DNA of 64,000 bases from Propionibacteriales bacterium (GTDB lineage Bacteria > Actinomycetota > Actinomycetes > Propionibacteriales > Propionibacteriaceae): contig JBBQBP010000001.1 of the NCBI GenBank assembly GCA_038317635.1, forward strand, positions 207,957 through 271,956, read 5' to 3'. Shown here piece after piece: positions 18,772-27,588 of the stretch. The notes below the pieces were generated by a model, which saw only the letters and a list, made by a program, of their open reading frames with translations, was not told the DNA's origin and did no database searches. Numbering within the stretch: the stretch's first letter is position 1; each line of letters opens with the position of its first letter. The translations under genes and the position numbers were made by a program.

Positions 18772-19388
18772 GAGGCTCCTGCGATGGTGTCGAGGAAGGC
18801 GCGGGCCCGGTCGGCGAGAGCCTCGAGCGATCCGCCGCGTACGGCGTCCCCGGTCAGCGGTCCGCCCACTCCGACGGCGACGGCTCCGGCGACGAGGTAG
18901 GCCGGGACCAGTTCGAGCGTCACCCCGCCGACCGGCACGAGCGGCATCGTCGGGAACGGGTCACGGAGCGCCTTGAGATAGGCGGGGCCTCCGGCCGACG
19001 CCGGGAACAGCTTGACGGCGGTCGCCCCTGCCGCCATGGCGCTGTAGGCCTCGGTCGCGGTGTACGCACCGGCCAGGACGGGCACCTCTGCGCCGGACAC
19101 CGCCTCGGTGAACGCGGGCGTGACCAGGAACTGGGCACCCGCCTCGACGGCGTTGCGTGACTGGATGGTGGTGAGCACAGTTCCCGCGCCGACCATGGCG
19201 TCGTCGGGAGCGATGTTGCGCAGCGTGTCGATCGCGGTGAACGCGTCACTGGTGGTGAGCGTCACCTCGATGAGCCGGATGCCGGCGTCGAGCAGTGTGC
19301 GCCCGACCCGTACCGCGTCGTCCGCCTCGGGCGCCCGGACGATCGCCACGAGCCGTTCCGCCTGCAGTCGATCCAGGAACTCCGCCAT
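18768..19388 (-). CDS. eda: 2-dehydro-3-deoxyphosphogluconate (KDPG/KHG) aldolase
   Basis: 206 aa with IEVTLTT and KLFPA motifs of Eda-type aldolases. Translationally coupled to kdgK. Confidence 0.8.
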   Translation of the reverse strand: MAEFLDRLQAERLVAIVRAPEADDAVRVGRTLLDAGIRLIEVTLTTSDAFTAIDTLRNIAPDDAMVGAGTVLTTIQSRNAVEAGAQFLVTPAFTEAVSGAEVPVLAGAYTATEAYSAMAAGATAVKLFPASAGGPAYLKALRDPFPTMPLVPVGGVTLELVPAYLVAGAVAVGVGGPLTGDAVRGGSLEALADRARAFLDTIAGAS

Positions 19389-19457
19389 CGCTCCTCCTTG
19401 GTCGAGACGCTACCGAACCCACGCTAGCGCCGGGGCGAGACGCGGATCCGACTGATA

Positions 19458-19523
19458 TTGACAACGCGTGTGTTGCATTATTCACTTGGGTCTTGGTAAG
19501 GCATACCTAACTAGAGGAGAGAC
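19458..19523 (+). promoter_or_regulatory. Putative efeU promoter (TTGACA -35 at 19458-19463) with an imperfect iron-box-like palindrome CTTGGTAAGGCATACCTAA (19492-19510) next to the RBS
   Basis: Perfect -35 hexamer. The palindrome matches 13/19 to the recalled IdeR/DtxR consensus TTAGGTTAGGCTAACCTAA. Location is immediately upstream of an iron permease gene. Confidence 0.3.
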
Positions 19524-20375
19524 GTGATCCCCAACCTGCTGATCGGTCTGCGTGAGGGCCTCGAGGCCGTGCTCGTCGTGAGCGTGCTCGTCGCGTACCT
19601 CGTGAAGTCCGACCGACGCAGCCAGCTTCCGCTCGTATGGGTCGGAACCGGGCTCGCCGTGGCCGTGTCGCTGGGCTTCGGGGCCCTGCTGACTTTCGGG
19701 CCACAGGGGCTGAGCGACGAGGCGGAAGAGGCGATCGCCGGTGGGCTGTCGGTCCTCGCGGTCGTCTTCGTCACGTGGATGATCTTCTGGATGGCCAAGG
19801 CCTCGAGGACCCTCGCGACGGACCTGCGCGCCCACGTCGACGCCAGCAGCGCGACGCCCTGGTCACTCGTCCTCATCGCTGCGTTGGCTGTCGGCCGCGA
19901 AGGCCTCGAGACCGCGCTCTTCCTCTGGGCAGCCACCCGCTCCGCGACCCAGGACGGGGTCCCCACCAGCGAACCGCTCGTCGGCGCGCTGATCGGCATC
20001 GCGATCGCGGTCGGGCTGGGGTACGCGCTGTACGCCGGAGCTGTACGGATCAACCTCTCGAAGTTCTTCTCGATCACAGGTGGGGCGCTCATCGTCGTGG
20101 CTGCCGGCGTCCTGGCGTCCGGCGTCCGCGACCTCCAGGACTCCGGGATCCTGCCCGGCGCGAGCGCGGTGGCGTACGACGTCTCGGCGACGATCCCTCC
20201 GACCAGCGTCGGGGGCAGCATCCTCAAGGGCATCCTGAACTTCTCTGCGTCTCCGACAGTCCTCGAGGTGGTCGTCTGGATCGGATACGTGGTCGCGGTC
20301 GGTGCCGTGTTCGTCCGCCGCATCCGTCACCGCGCGCCCGCCACCGCGCCGACGCGTCAGTCAACCCGCGTCTGA
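19524..20375 (+). CDS. efeU: FTR1/EfeU family high-affinity iron permease
   Basis: Two REGLE motifs (LREGLEAVLV and GREGLETALF). Seven-TM profile. GTG start preceded by AGGAGA. Confidence 0.8.
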   Translation: MIPNLLIGLREGLEAVLVVSVLVAYLVKSDRRSQLPLVWVGTGLAVAVSLGFGALLTFGPQGLSDEAEEAIAGGLSVLAVVFVTWMIFWMAKASRTLATDLRAHVDASSATPWSLVLIAALAVGREGLETALFLWAATRSATQDGVPTSEPLVGALIGIAIAVGLGYALYAGAVRINLSKFFSITGGALIVVAAGVLASGVRDLQDSGILPGASAVAYDVSATIPPTSVGGSILKGILNFSASPTVLEVVVWIGYVVAVGAVFVRRIRHRAPATAPTRQSTRV

Positions 20376-20389
20376 GGGTTGGTCGGGCG

Positions 20390-21301
20390 TCAGCCAAACC
20401 GTACGAGGACGACGCCGAGCAGCACCAACGCGGCGCCCAGAAGACGTCGCCGGCTGAGATGGCGCGCGGGGAAGCCGAACGCGCCGAAGTGGTCCAGCGC
20501 GAGACCGCCGGTGACCTGACCCAACAGCGTGGCGCTGATGGCCAGCGACGTGCCGAGGATCGGAGTCACGTACGCGATCGAGAACACGAACCCGGCTCCG
20601 ATCAGGCCGCCCACAAAGCTCCACCACGGCGCCCTGCCGGACGCGCGTGGTCGGTTGCGGGCGACGAGGTTGATTCCGACGAGACCCATGAGGCCCACCG
20701 CGAACGACACCAGGGCCGCGGCCAGTGGTGACCCCATGACCGTGCCGAGCCGCCCGTTGACCGTCGCTTGTACAGCGCCGAGCACCCCCGCGCCGATACC
20801 GGCGGCCCAGAGCAGCGCCGTCGCCCAGGTGGGGCTGGAGCTTGCCGGGGCGGAGCGATGGCGCAGGTTGACGAGGACCGCGCCCAGGGCCACCAGCGCG
20901 ACGCCGACGACGCGACCGGTCGTGAGCGGCCGCGGAGTCGTACCGAACCCGCCGATCATGTCGATCACAAGCCCCCCGACCACCTGCCCGAACAGCGGCA
21001 GGATCACCGTGGCCGACGCGCCGATGCGGGGCAGCAGCACCATGTTCATGGTCAGGAAGATCAGTCCGCAGAGGCCTCCGATCCAGATCCACCAGGGCTG
21101 AGACTCCGCCGTCGCCTGTAGCGGCAGTGGGGTTCGGGTAGCGAGCAGGACGATACCCAGGCCGAGTGTCCCGACCGCGAACGACACCAGCGAGGCGAGC
21201 AGTGTGACCCCGATGTAGCGGGCGAGCCGGGTGTTGACGCCGGTCTGGATGGGGATGATGGCGCCGACGACCACGGCGAGAAGAACAGCAACCAGCGTCA
21301 C
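20390..21301 (-). CDS. DMT-superfamily transporter (DUF606/YdcZ-like, duplicated 5-TM halves)
   Basis: 303 aa, entirely hydrophobic, internal duplication. Typical VNTRLARYIG motif. Confidence 0.75.
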   Translation of the reverse strand: MTLVAVLLAVVVGAIIPIQTGVNTRLARYIGVTLLASLVSFAVGTLGLGIVLLATRTPLPLQATAESQPWWIWIGGLCGLIFLTMNMVLLPRIGASATVILPLFGQVVGGLVIDMIGGFGTTPRPLTTGRVVGVALVALGAVLVNLRHRSAPASSSPTWATALLWAAGIGAGVLGAVQATVNGRLGTVMGSPLAAALVSFAVGLMGLVGINLVARNRPRASGRAPWWSFVGGLIGAGFVFSIAYVTPILGTSLAISATLLGQVTGGLALDHFGAFGFPARHLSRRRLLGAALVLLGVVLVRFG

Positions 21302-21335
21302 GTTGAGACCCGCGCGGTGGTCGAGGAGAGCACGC

Positions 21336-22484
21336 TCACCATTCGGCGAAGCTGCCGTCGTCGTAGCGCCAGATCGGGTTCGACCAACCCGTCCAGCTCG
21401 CCGCCGCCCTCCGTACGGCTGCCTCGTCGACCTCGACGCCCAGGCCGGGACCCGTCAGGCGGGCGACGGATCCGTCGGCGTAGTCGAAGACGCTCGTATC
21501 GACGAGGTAGTCGAGCACCTCGGCGCCGACGTTGTAGTGGATGCCGATGCTCTGCTCCTGGATGACGTGGCTCGCGGTGCAGAAACCTATCTGCAGCGAT
21601 GCGGCAAGCCCGATCGGACCGAGCGGACAATGCGGGGCGAGCAGCGCGCCGTACGTCTCGGCAAGGGCGGCGATCTTGCGGACCTCCGTGATGCCGCCGG
21701 CGTGAGCGAGGTCCGGCTGGACGATCGTGACGCCCGCCTCGAGAACGCCGACGAACTCCTGCCGGCTGTACAGGCGCTCGCCCGTAGCGACGGGGATGCT
21801 CGTGGCGGCCACCACCTGTCCCATCCGGTGACTGTTCTCCGGCACGACCGGCTCCTCGATGAACAGTGGCCGCAACGGTACGAGCTCGGCGGCGAGCCTC
21901 ACGGCCGACGGAAGCGAGATCCTGCCGTGGAAGTCGACGGCCACGTCACGGTCCGGGCCGAGAACGTCGCGCGCCGCGGCGACGCGGGCCAGCACGCCGT
22001 CGATCTCACCGGAGGTGGCCAGCGGACTCATCCGGCCGGAGGCGTTCATCTTCACCGCGGTCAGGCCGGCGTCCATGCGCTCGGCGATCTGGTCGCGGAC
22101 CTCGTCCGGCTCGTCACCACCGACCCAGGCGTAGACGCGCACCCGATCCCGTACCGGACCTCCCAGCAGCTCGTGGACCGGTGCGCCGAGCGTCTTGCCC
22201 TTGATGTCCCACAGAGCCTGGTCGATGCCGGCGACGGCCGACGCCAGGATCGCGCCGCCACGGTAGAAGGAGCCGTTCGACAACGTCCGGTGGTGATCCT
22301 CGATGCGCGTCGGGTCGGCGCCGACCAGATGCTCGGCGAGCTGGCCGACTGCCGTGGCGACGGTCTCCGAGCGCCCCTCGCAGGTCGCCTCGCCCCATCC
22401 CACGACCCCGTCGGAGGTCTCGATCCGTACGAACAACCACCTCGGCGCGACGAGGAACGTCTCCACGGAAGCGATACTGGCCAC
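21336..22484 (-). CDS. dgoD: D-galactonate dehydratase (enolase superfamily, MR/MLE family)
   Basis: N-terminus ASVETFLVAPRWLFVRIETSDGVVGWGEAT is diagnostic of DgoD. Metal ligands are in the KxK/D/E/D pattern. Confidence 0.85.
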   Translation of the reverse strand: MASIASVETFLVAPRWLFVRIETSDGVVGWGEATCEGRSETVATAVGQLAEHLVGADPTRIEDHHRTLSNGSFYRGGAILASAVAGIDQALWDIKGKTLGAPVHELLGGPVRDRVRVYAWVGGDEPDEVRDQIAERMDAGLTAVKMNASGRMSPLATSGEIDGVLARVAAARDVLGPDRDVAVDFHGRISLPSAVRLAAELVPLRPLFIEEPVVPENSHRMGQVVAATSIPVATGERLYSRQEFVGVLEAGVTIVQPDLAHAGGITEVRKIAALAETYGALLAPHCPLGPIGLAASLQIGFCTASHVIQEQSIGIHYNVGAEVLDYLVDTSVFDYADGSVARLTGPGLGVEVDEAAVRRAAASWTGWSNPIWRYDDGSFAEW

Positions 22485-22567
22485 GCGCCGACCTTACGCG
22501 CCGGACGGCCTGTGTGCTGGTGGCGAGTGCCTCGCGGTCAGGGCCGGCCCGGCTGGGTCGTGTCTCG

Positions 22568-23629
22568 TCAGCGGGCGAGCCGGACGGGGATGCGGCGCGG
22601 TCCGAAGTGACCGGGCACGGCGTCGTACCGGCCGGGCAGCCTGGTTCCGCAGTCCGGGCAGCACCCGGCGGGTGTGAGCCGGTAGCTCAGCAGCTCGTAC
22701 CGGTCACGCTCGATGAGCGCGAGATCGCACGTGGAGCAGTACGTGATCTCGCCGAGCCGATGCGAGATGTTCCCCGTGTACACGTGGTGGAGCCCCTCTT
22801 CGAGGAGCACCTCGCGGGCCCGGAGCAGTGTCGCCGCCGGTGTCGGCGGTACGTCCCGCATCCGCCAGTCGGGGTGGAAGGCCGTGACGTGGTGAGGGAC
22901 GTCGGGCCCGAGCTCGGACATCACCCACCGGGCCATCGCGTGCAGCTCGGCGTCGGAGTCGTTGAACCCTGGGATGAGGAGCGTGGTGATCTCGACCCAG
23001 ACGTCGGTCTCGGCCACGAGGTAGCTGAGCGTGTCCAGCACGGGCCGCCGCGTGGCGCCGGTCACCTTCTCATAGAACTCGTCCGTGAAGCCCTTCAGGT
23101 CGACGTTCGCCGCGTCCATCACGGAGAAGAAGTCGCGCCGCGTCTCGGGGTTCACGTACCCGGCGGTGACGGCGACCGACGAGATCCCGCGCTCGTGGCA
23201 CGCGAGCGCGGTGTCGATCGCGTACTCGGCGAAGATCACCGGGTCGTTGTACGTGAAGGCGACGCTCCGGCAGTCGAGGTCTACGGCGGTGGAGGCGATG
23301 AGCTCCGGTGACGCCTGGTCCATGAGCCGGTCCATCTCGCGGGCCTTGGACATGTCCCAGTTCTGGCAGAACTTGCAGCCGAGGTTGCAGCCGGCTGTGC
23401 CGAACGACAGGACGGACGTGCCGGGATGGAAGTGCGTGAGTGGCTTCTTCTCGATGGGATCGATGCAGAAGCCCGACGACCGCCCGTACGTGGTCAGCAC
23501 GATCTCGTCGCCTTCTCGGGCACGGACGAAGCAGAACCCGCGCTGCCCGTCGCGGAGCCGGCACTCGCGTGGGCAGACGTCGCACTGGATCCGACCGTCG
23601 TCGAGGGCGTGCCACCAACGCGCGGTCAT
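22568..23629 (-). CDS. amrS: AmmeMemoRadiSam system radical SAM enzyme
   Basis: CNLGCKFCQNW radical-SAM cysteine cluster. N-terminal QCDVCPRECRL auxiliary cysteines. IDPIEKKPLTHFHPG. Start at the internal Met to avoid a 57-bp overlap with amrA. Confidence 0.85.
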   Translation of the reverse strand: MTARWWHALDDGRIQCDVCPRECRLRDGQRGFCFVRAREGDEIVLTTYGRSSGFCIDPIEKKPLTHFHPGTSVLSFGTAGCNLGCKFCQNWDMSKAREMDRLMDQASPELIASTAVDLDCRSVAFTYNDPVIFAEYAIDTALACHERGISSVAVTAGYVNPETRRDFFSVMDAANVDLKGFTDEFYEKVTGATRRPVLDTLSYLVAETDVWVEITTLLIPGFNDSDAELHAMARWVMSELGPDVPHHVTAFHPDWRMRDVPPTPAATLLRAREVLLEEGLHHVYTGNISHRLGEITYCSTCDLALIERDRYELLSYRLTPAGCCPDCGTRLPGRYDAVPGHFGPRRIPVRLAR

Positions 23630-24240
23630 GTCTCCTCGAAGGCTTTCACGGTGTAGCGGGAGAGGCGGGCGTCGTCGTGCCACCAGCCCGCCGGCAGCCC
23701 GGCCTTACGGACCAGGTGGGAGAGGAACTCGTCCGGCTCCGACAACGTGTCCCAGACCTGCGGCAGGAATGTGCCCCGACGGCTGCCGTACTCCAGCGTC
23801 AGCCCGTCGACGCCGGGCCGGAGCCGGGAGGCCGCGTCGGCGCGGTTGGTGAAGGGGTACGGCTCGGGCTCGGACAGCACCGAGACCTCGATGTGGGTCG
23901 CAGGTAGCTCGTGGGCTGTGAGCGGAGGGAAGCGCGGGTCGCGGACGGCCGCGTTCACGGCGTTGGCGGCGACGTCCTCACGGAGCGGCCTGTACGCGGT
24001 GAGGCTGCCGATGCAGCCTCGCAGGGCGCCCTGCTGCGTGAGCGTGACGAACGCGGCCCCGGGTGCGTCGAGCCAGGAATCCCGGTTCTGAGACACCAGC
24101 GGCTGGAAACCCCCAGGGTCGGGGCCGTTGGCCTCGGCTGCGGCATCGAAACGAGGATCGGCGGCGCCCACACCCCTGGCGATGGCCGAGCGCGCGATCG
24201 CGCAGAGCACGGGACCGGCGTCGGGAGGCAGCTCAGGCAT
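23626..24240 (-). CDS. amrA: AMMECR1 domain protein (AmmeMemoRadiSam system protein A)
   Basis: LRGCIGS motif and GAAFVTL. 204 aa. Overlaps amrB by 8 bp and amrS by 4 bp. Confidence 0.85.
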   Translation of the reverse strand: MPELPPDAGPVLCAIARSAIARGVGAADPRFDAAAEANGPDPGGFQPLVSQNRDSWLDAPGAAFVTLTQQGALRGCIGSLTAYRPLREDVAANAVNAAVRDPRFPPLTAHELPATHIEVSVLSEPEPYPFTNRADAASRLRPGVDGLTLEYGSRRGTFLPQVWDTLSEPDEFLSHLVRKAGLPAGWWHDDARLSRYTVKAFEET

Positions 24241-25018
24241 GGGAGGTCCTCAGCCGGAAGGCGGCGTAGCCGACGACGGTGTCGCGCGTACCGGCTGTGT
24301 CTCCCGAGCTGCAGGCGGAAAGGAGCTCGGGTGCCCAGCTGTGCCGTTGCGCGGCGACGAGGGCGCCGTTGAGCGGGTAGGCGCCGCAGGCACGATCCGG
24401 CGGAATCGTCCGGTCGAGCGCGATGATCCGCTCGATGGTGTCAGCGTCGAGGACGGCGGCGTCAACGTACGCGTGGTAGTGGCTCAGGTCGGTGGAGACG
24501 AGCAGCAACGTGCCCGGGAGCCCGAGGGCGACCTCGATGACGTCGGCGACGGTGGTGGCCTCCGCCGCGCCCACGGCAACCGGTACGACCGGCACTCCCG
24601 GCGCGACGACCTGCAGGAACGGCAGCTGGACCTCGAGGGAATGCTCCTCGGCGTGGACGTCGGGGCGGACATGGACGGACGGCGACTCCTGCAGTACCGC
24701 AACGAGCTCGGGGTCGGTCCGGACCACGCCGAGCGGCGTCTCGAACCCGTCAGCGCCGGACAGGGCCAGCCCGTCCGCGTACACGCGATGAGTCGGTCCG
24801 AGCAGCAGGATGCGGGCGGGCGGATCGAGGGCCAGCGCGGCGAACGCGTGGGCGGCGGTCGAGCCCGAGTAGATGTAGCCGGCGTGCGGGACCACGTAGC
24901 CGGCAGCCGGCACCGACTCGGGGCTGACCGCATCGAGCAGCTCCGAGACCATGCGTTTCAGGCGCGCTGGCTGTGCGGGGTAGAACTGCCCCGCCACCGC
25001 GGGCGACCGTACGGTCAT
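24233..25018 (-). CDS. amrB: MEMO1-family protein (AmmeMemoRadiSam system protein B)
   Basis: AGQFYP N-terminal motif. VVPHAGYIYSG. DLSHYH. Confidence 0.85.
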   Translation of the reverse strand: MTVRSPAVAGQFYPAQPARLKRMVSELLDAVSPESVPAAGYVVPHAGYIYSGSTAAHAFAALALDPPARILLLGPTHRVYADGLALSGADGFETPLGVVRTDPELVAVLQESPSVHVRPDVHAEEHSLEVQLPFLQVVAPGVPVVPVAVGAAEATTVADVIEVALGLPGTLLLVSTDLSHYHAYVDAAVLDADTIERIIALDRTIPPDRACGAYPLNGALVAAQRHSWAPELLSACSSGDTAGTRDTVVGYAAFRLRTSHA

Positions 25019-25079
25019 GCTGCCAATCTACGCCGTCGTCCAGCCCGGGCCACGTGCGACCAGCGACTCGGCCGGGACG

Positions 25080-25970
25080 TCAGGCGGCGACGAACGCGGC
25101 GATCTCCAGGAGCCGCGCCACCTGCTGGGCCGGGCTGAGGACCCCCGGGCCGAGGTTGACCTTGAGGCCGATGATGGCGTCGGACGGGCCTGCGGCCGCA
25201 AGCGCTTCCAGGATCAGCTCAGGTGTCAGCAGGCTGCCCGCAGCGGCACCGGTCGTTCGTGTGGGTGCCAGATGGACATCGGCCCATGCCGGACCGAGCG
25301 CCGTCTCGCGGTCTGCCACCGACGAGAACATCACGGCACCGAGCAGACCGCGTGCCGCAGCAGCGCGGACGTGAGCGGCGCCCGTCGCGACGTCCCGGGT
25401 CTCGATGACGCTCCGCGCCCAGTTCACGCCTCCGCTGACCCGAGTCTCAGCCCCCTGCAGGGCAGCGATCACGTCGAGCTCCGCCGCCTGCGACAGGAAC
25501 CCCTTCGCCACGTCGTGGGCGGTCGTCCATGCGTCGCAGTGCTCGACGACGAGGCCGACACCGTTCCAGTCCCAGGACGCGATCTCCGCGAGTGAGTCGG
25601 CGAACGCGGCTGCCGAGCCCGTACGTCTCGGCGCGGACTGCAGCTCCACCGCGAGGATGTCCGACCGCCGGGCCACCACGTCCCGCACGGACTGGAGCAG
25701 AGCAACGGCGGCATCTCGGCCCGCCCGCTGCTCCGATGCCGGTCCCCAGGCAGGATCCGATGACGTGGAAGCCACCGTCGAGGGCATCAGCGTGACGACA
25801 TGGCGCCAGACCGATGGGAGTCTCGCGCTCGGCAGCGCCAGCTCTCCGTCGGCGAGCGGCAGCTCCAGCCCTGCGACGAGCGGCGACTCAGCGAGGCCCT
25901 CGACGACTGCGGCAGCGAGCGATGAGGTCGGTGGACCGTAGCTTGGGTAACCGCCGACGTGGACGGTCAA
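25080..25970 (-). CDS. Hypothetical protein (about 296 aa), unclassified, possibly a TIM-barrel-like enzyme
   Basis: The real protein-like sequence starts at a TTG that overlaps the upstream TGA (TTGA coupling) at about 25970: MTVHVGGYPSYGPP... The upstream 120 codons of the 418-aa track ORF are a shadow of the trx-like gene. Compositionally coding but no motif is recognised. Confidence 0.5.
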   Translation of the reverse strand: MTVHVGGYPSYGPPTSSLAAAVVEGLAESPLVAGLELPLADGELALPSARLPSVWRHVVTLMPSTVASTSSDPAWGPASEQRAGRDAAVALLQSVRDVVARRSDILAVELQSAPRRTGSAAAFADSLAEIASWDWNGVGLVVEHCDAWTTAHDVAKGFLSQAAELDVIAALQGAETRVSGGVNWARSVIETRDVATGAAHVRAAAARGLLGAVMFSSVADRETALGPAWADVHLAPTRTTGAAAGSLLTPELILEALAAAGPSDAIIGLKVNLGPGVLSPAQQVARLLEIAAFVAA

Positions 25971-26506
25971 GAAGGCGTCTTGGCCGGTCGGAACGCGGTG
26001 GCGATCCCCGTATCGACCCAACGCCGCAGCTGCGGCAGCTGGAGTGCACCCGTGTGACGGCCGATCTCCTCGCCCTGCCAGAGCAGCAACAGCGTGGGGA
26101 TCAGCCGCGCCTCGTGCTTCGACTGCGTCCGGCGTGCGTCCTCGACGTTGACCTTCACGAGCTTCATCCGGCCAGCGCGCTCGGCGACGACCCGCTCGAG
26201 CAGAGGCCCGACGAGGCGGCTGGGCTGCGCCCAAGCGGCCCACAGCTCGACGCACACGAGGACGGTGCTGGAGTCGGCGATCACCGGGTAGTCGGCGTCC
26301 ACCGCCTGTGTGATCCAGGGCAGGAAGCCCTGGCACTGCGTGCAGCGAGGAGCCTCGGTCCCCACGAAGGGCACCTGGTTCTTCGTCCTGCAGGTGGCGC
26401 AGGTCACCGTTGCCGCGTCCATCTCACTCCTCGATGCCGATGAGTCCACGTTAGCCCCCGGAGCAGGCAAGAGACCGTTCGACCCCTCGCGCGTCGCCCA
26501 CGACAA
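25967..26506 (-). CDS. Thioredoxin-2 (TrxC)-like protein with an N-terminal CxxC...CxxC zinc finger but a substituted active site (WCGPC replaced by WAQPS)
   Basis: Aligns along its length to E. coli Trx2 as recalled (zinc finger CATC...CTQC; cis-Pro IPT retained). Active-site codons were verified on the DNA: tgg gcc gct tgg gcg cag ccc agc = W A A W A Q P S. Confidence 0.7.
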   Translation of the reverse strand: MSWATREGSNGLLPAPGANVDSSASRSEMDAATVTCATCRTKNQVPFVGTEAPRCTQCQGFLPWITQAVDADYPVIADSSTVLVCVELWAAWAQPSRLVGPLLERVVAERAGRMKLVKVNVEDARRTQSKHEARLIPTLLLLWQGEEIGRHTGALQLPQLRRWVDTGIATAFRPAKTPS

Positions 26507-26626
26507 CCGTGAGGCGGGACGCAGGGAGAACGATGAACGGGTCTGCGGACCATCCGACGCTGAAGCGATGCATGGCGAAGAAGGTACGGCCTCAGACGGC
26601 GCCGAGTGCCGCAGACGCGGCGTGGT

Positions 26627-27394
26627 TCAGCGGAAGTCGCCCGGATGGACGGTGATGAACGGAGCGAGCTGAGGATCGACCCAGTCGGGCACGGCGCTGA
26701 AGCTGCGGCCGACCCGGCAGTACACCTCGTACATGTCCATGGACCGTACGTCGACGAACTCGATCGGCTCGCTGTACTCGTCCGGACCCGGGTAGCGCTG
26801 GTAGCAGGCGTACTCGGCGCCCTCGCGCCGGAGGATGAAGGTGCTCGAGTTGAACTCGATGGTGGCGAGCACGCGCTCCTCGCCGAAGCGAATGTCAGTG
26901 AGCGGAGACGCGCCGCGGAGCGGAACCTGCTTCGGAGGCAGCCACTGCACGCCCGGCAGGTTCGCCATCCACCACGCGTGGGCCTGGGAGGAGAGGTTGT
27001 TCCACGGGATCGTCCGGCTGCGCAGGAACGCGAGCGACGACTCCATGAGGTAGTCCGTGTCAGGGGTGTCGATCCCATCGAGGAGCTCGCCGATCAGGCG
27101 GATGGCGCCGTACTCGACCCAGCCGCCGACCGGCTCGCACACCATGCGGAGCTCGCGGCAGAAGCGGATGGGGTCGGACTTGGCGAAGACCTCGAGGTCG
27201 GCGCACAGGTCGAGGGCGCGCTGCTCGGCGGCCGGAACGGCTTCCGCCCGACGGACCCAGAAGCGGCCGAAGAAGTCGAGGTCCTTGACGATCGTGCGAG
27301 GCAGGGCCCTGAGGTCGCGGCCGACGCCGAAACGGCCATACTCCGCGGCGTCGAGCGTCGCGGTGCCGCCTCGCAGCCAGCTGAAGATTCCCAC
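26627..27394 (-). CDS. Hypothetical protein (255 aa), no recognisable domain
   Basis: Balanced amino-acid composition, unlike shadow ORFs. Same strand as the downstream trx-like and AmmeMemoRadiSam genes, with a 120-bp gap. Confidence 0.55.
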   Translation of the reverse strand: MGIFSWLRGGTATLDAAEYGRFGVGRDLRALPRTIVKDLDFFGRFWVRRAEAVPAAEQRALDLCADLEVFAKSDPIRFCRELRMVCEPVGGWVEYGAIRLIGELLDGIDTPDTDYLMESSLAFLRSRTIPWNNLSSQAHAWWMANLPGVQWLPPKQVPLRGASPLTDIRFGEERVLATIEFNSSTFILRREGAEYACYQRYPGPDEYSEPIEFVDVRSMDMYEVYCRVGRSFSAVPDWVDPQLAPFITVHPGDFR

Positions 27395-27588
27395 AGCATT
27401 TCCTTCCCCGGGTGACCTCCCCCGAAGGCCACGACCTAGACACTAGGGAGGACTTCGCGGCGCGGCGACGAAGATGACAAGGTCCACATGAAGGTGCCTG
27501 AGAACGCCTTCAGGAAACGGGCCGTACGGTCGGGCTCAGCGGGTCCTTGACGCCGTACGGCAGACTGATTGGTGCCAAGGAGGTTCCC

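Noticed and set aside
25080-26336. N-terminal 120 codons of the 418-aa track ORF
   Set aside because: That part is the antisense shadow of the trx-like gene. The real gene most likely starts at the TTG overlapping the trx-like stop (about 25970).
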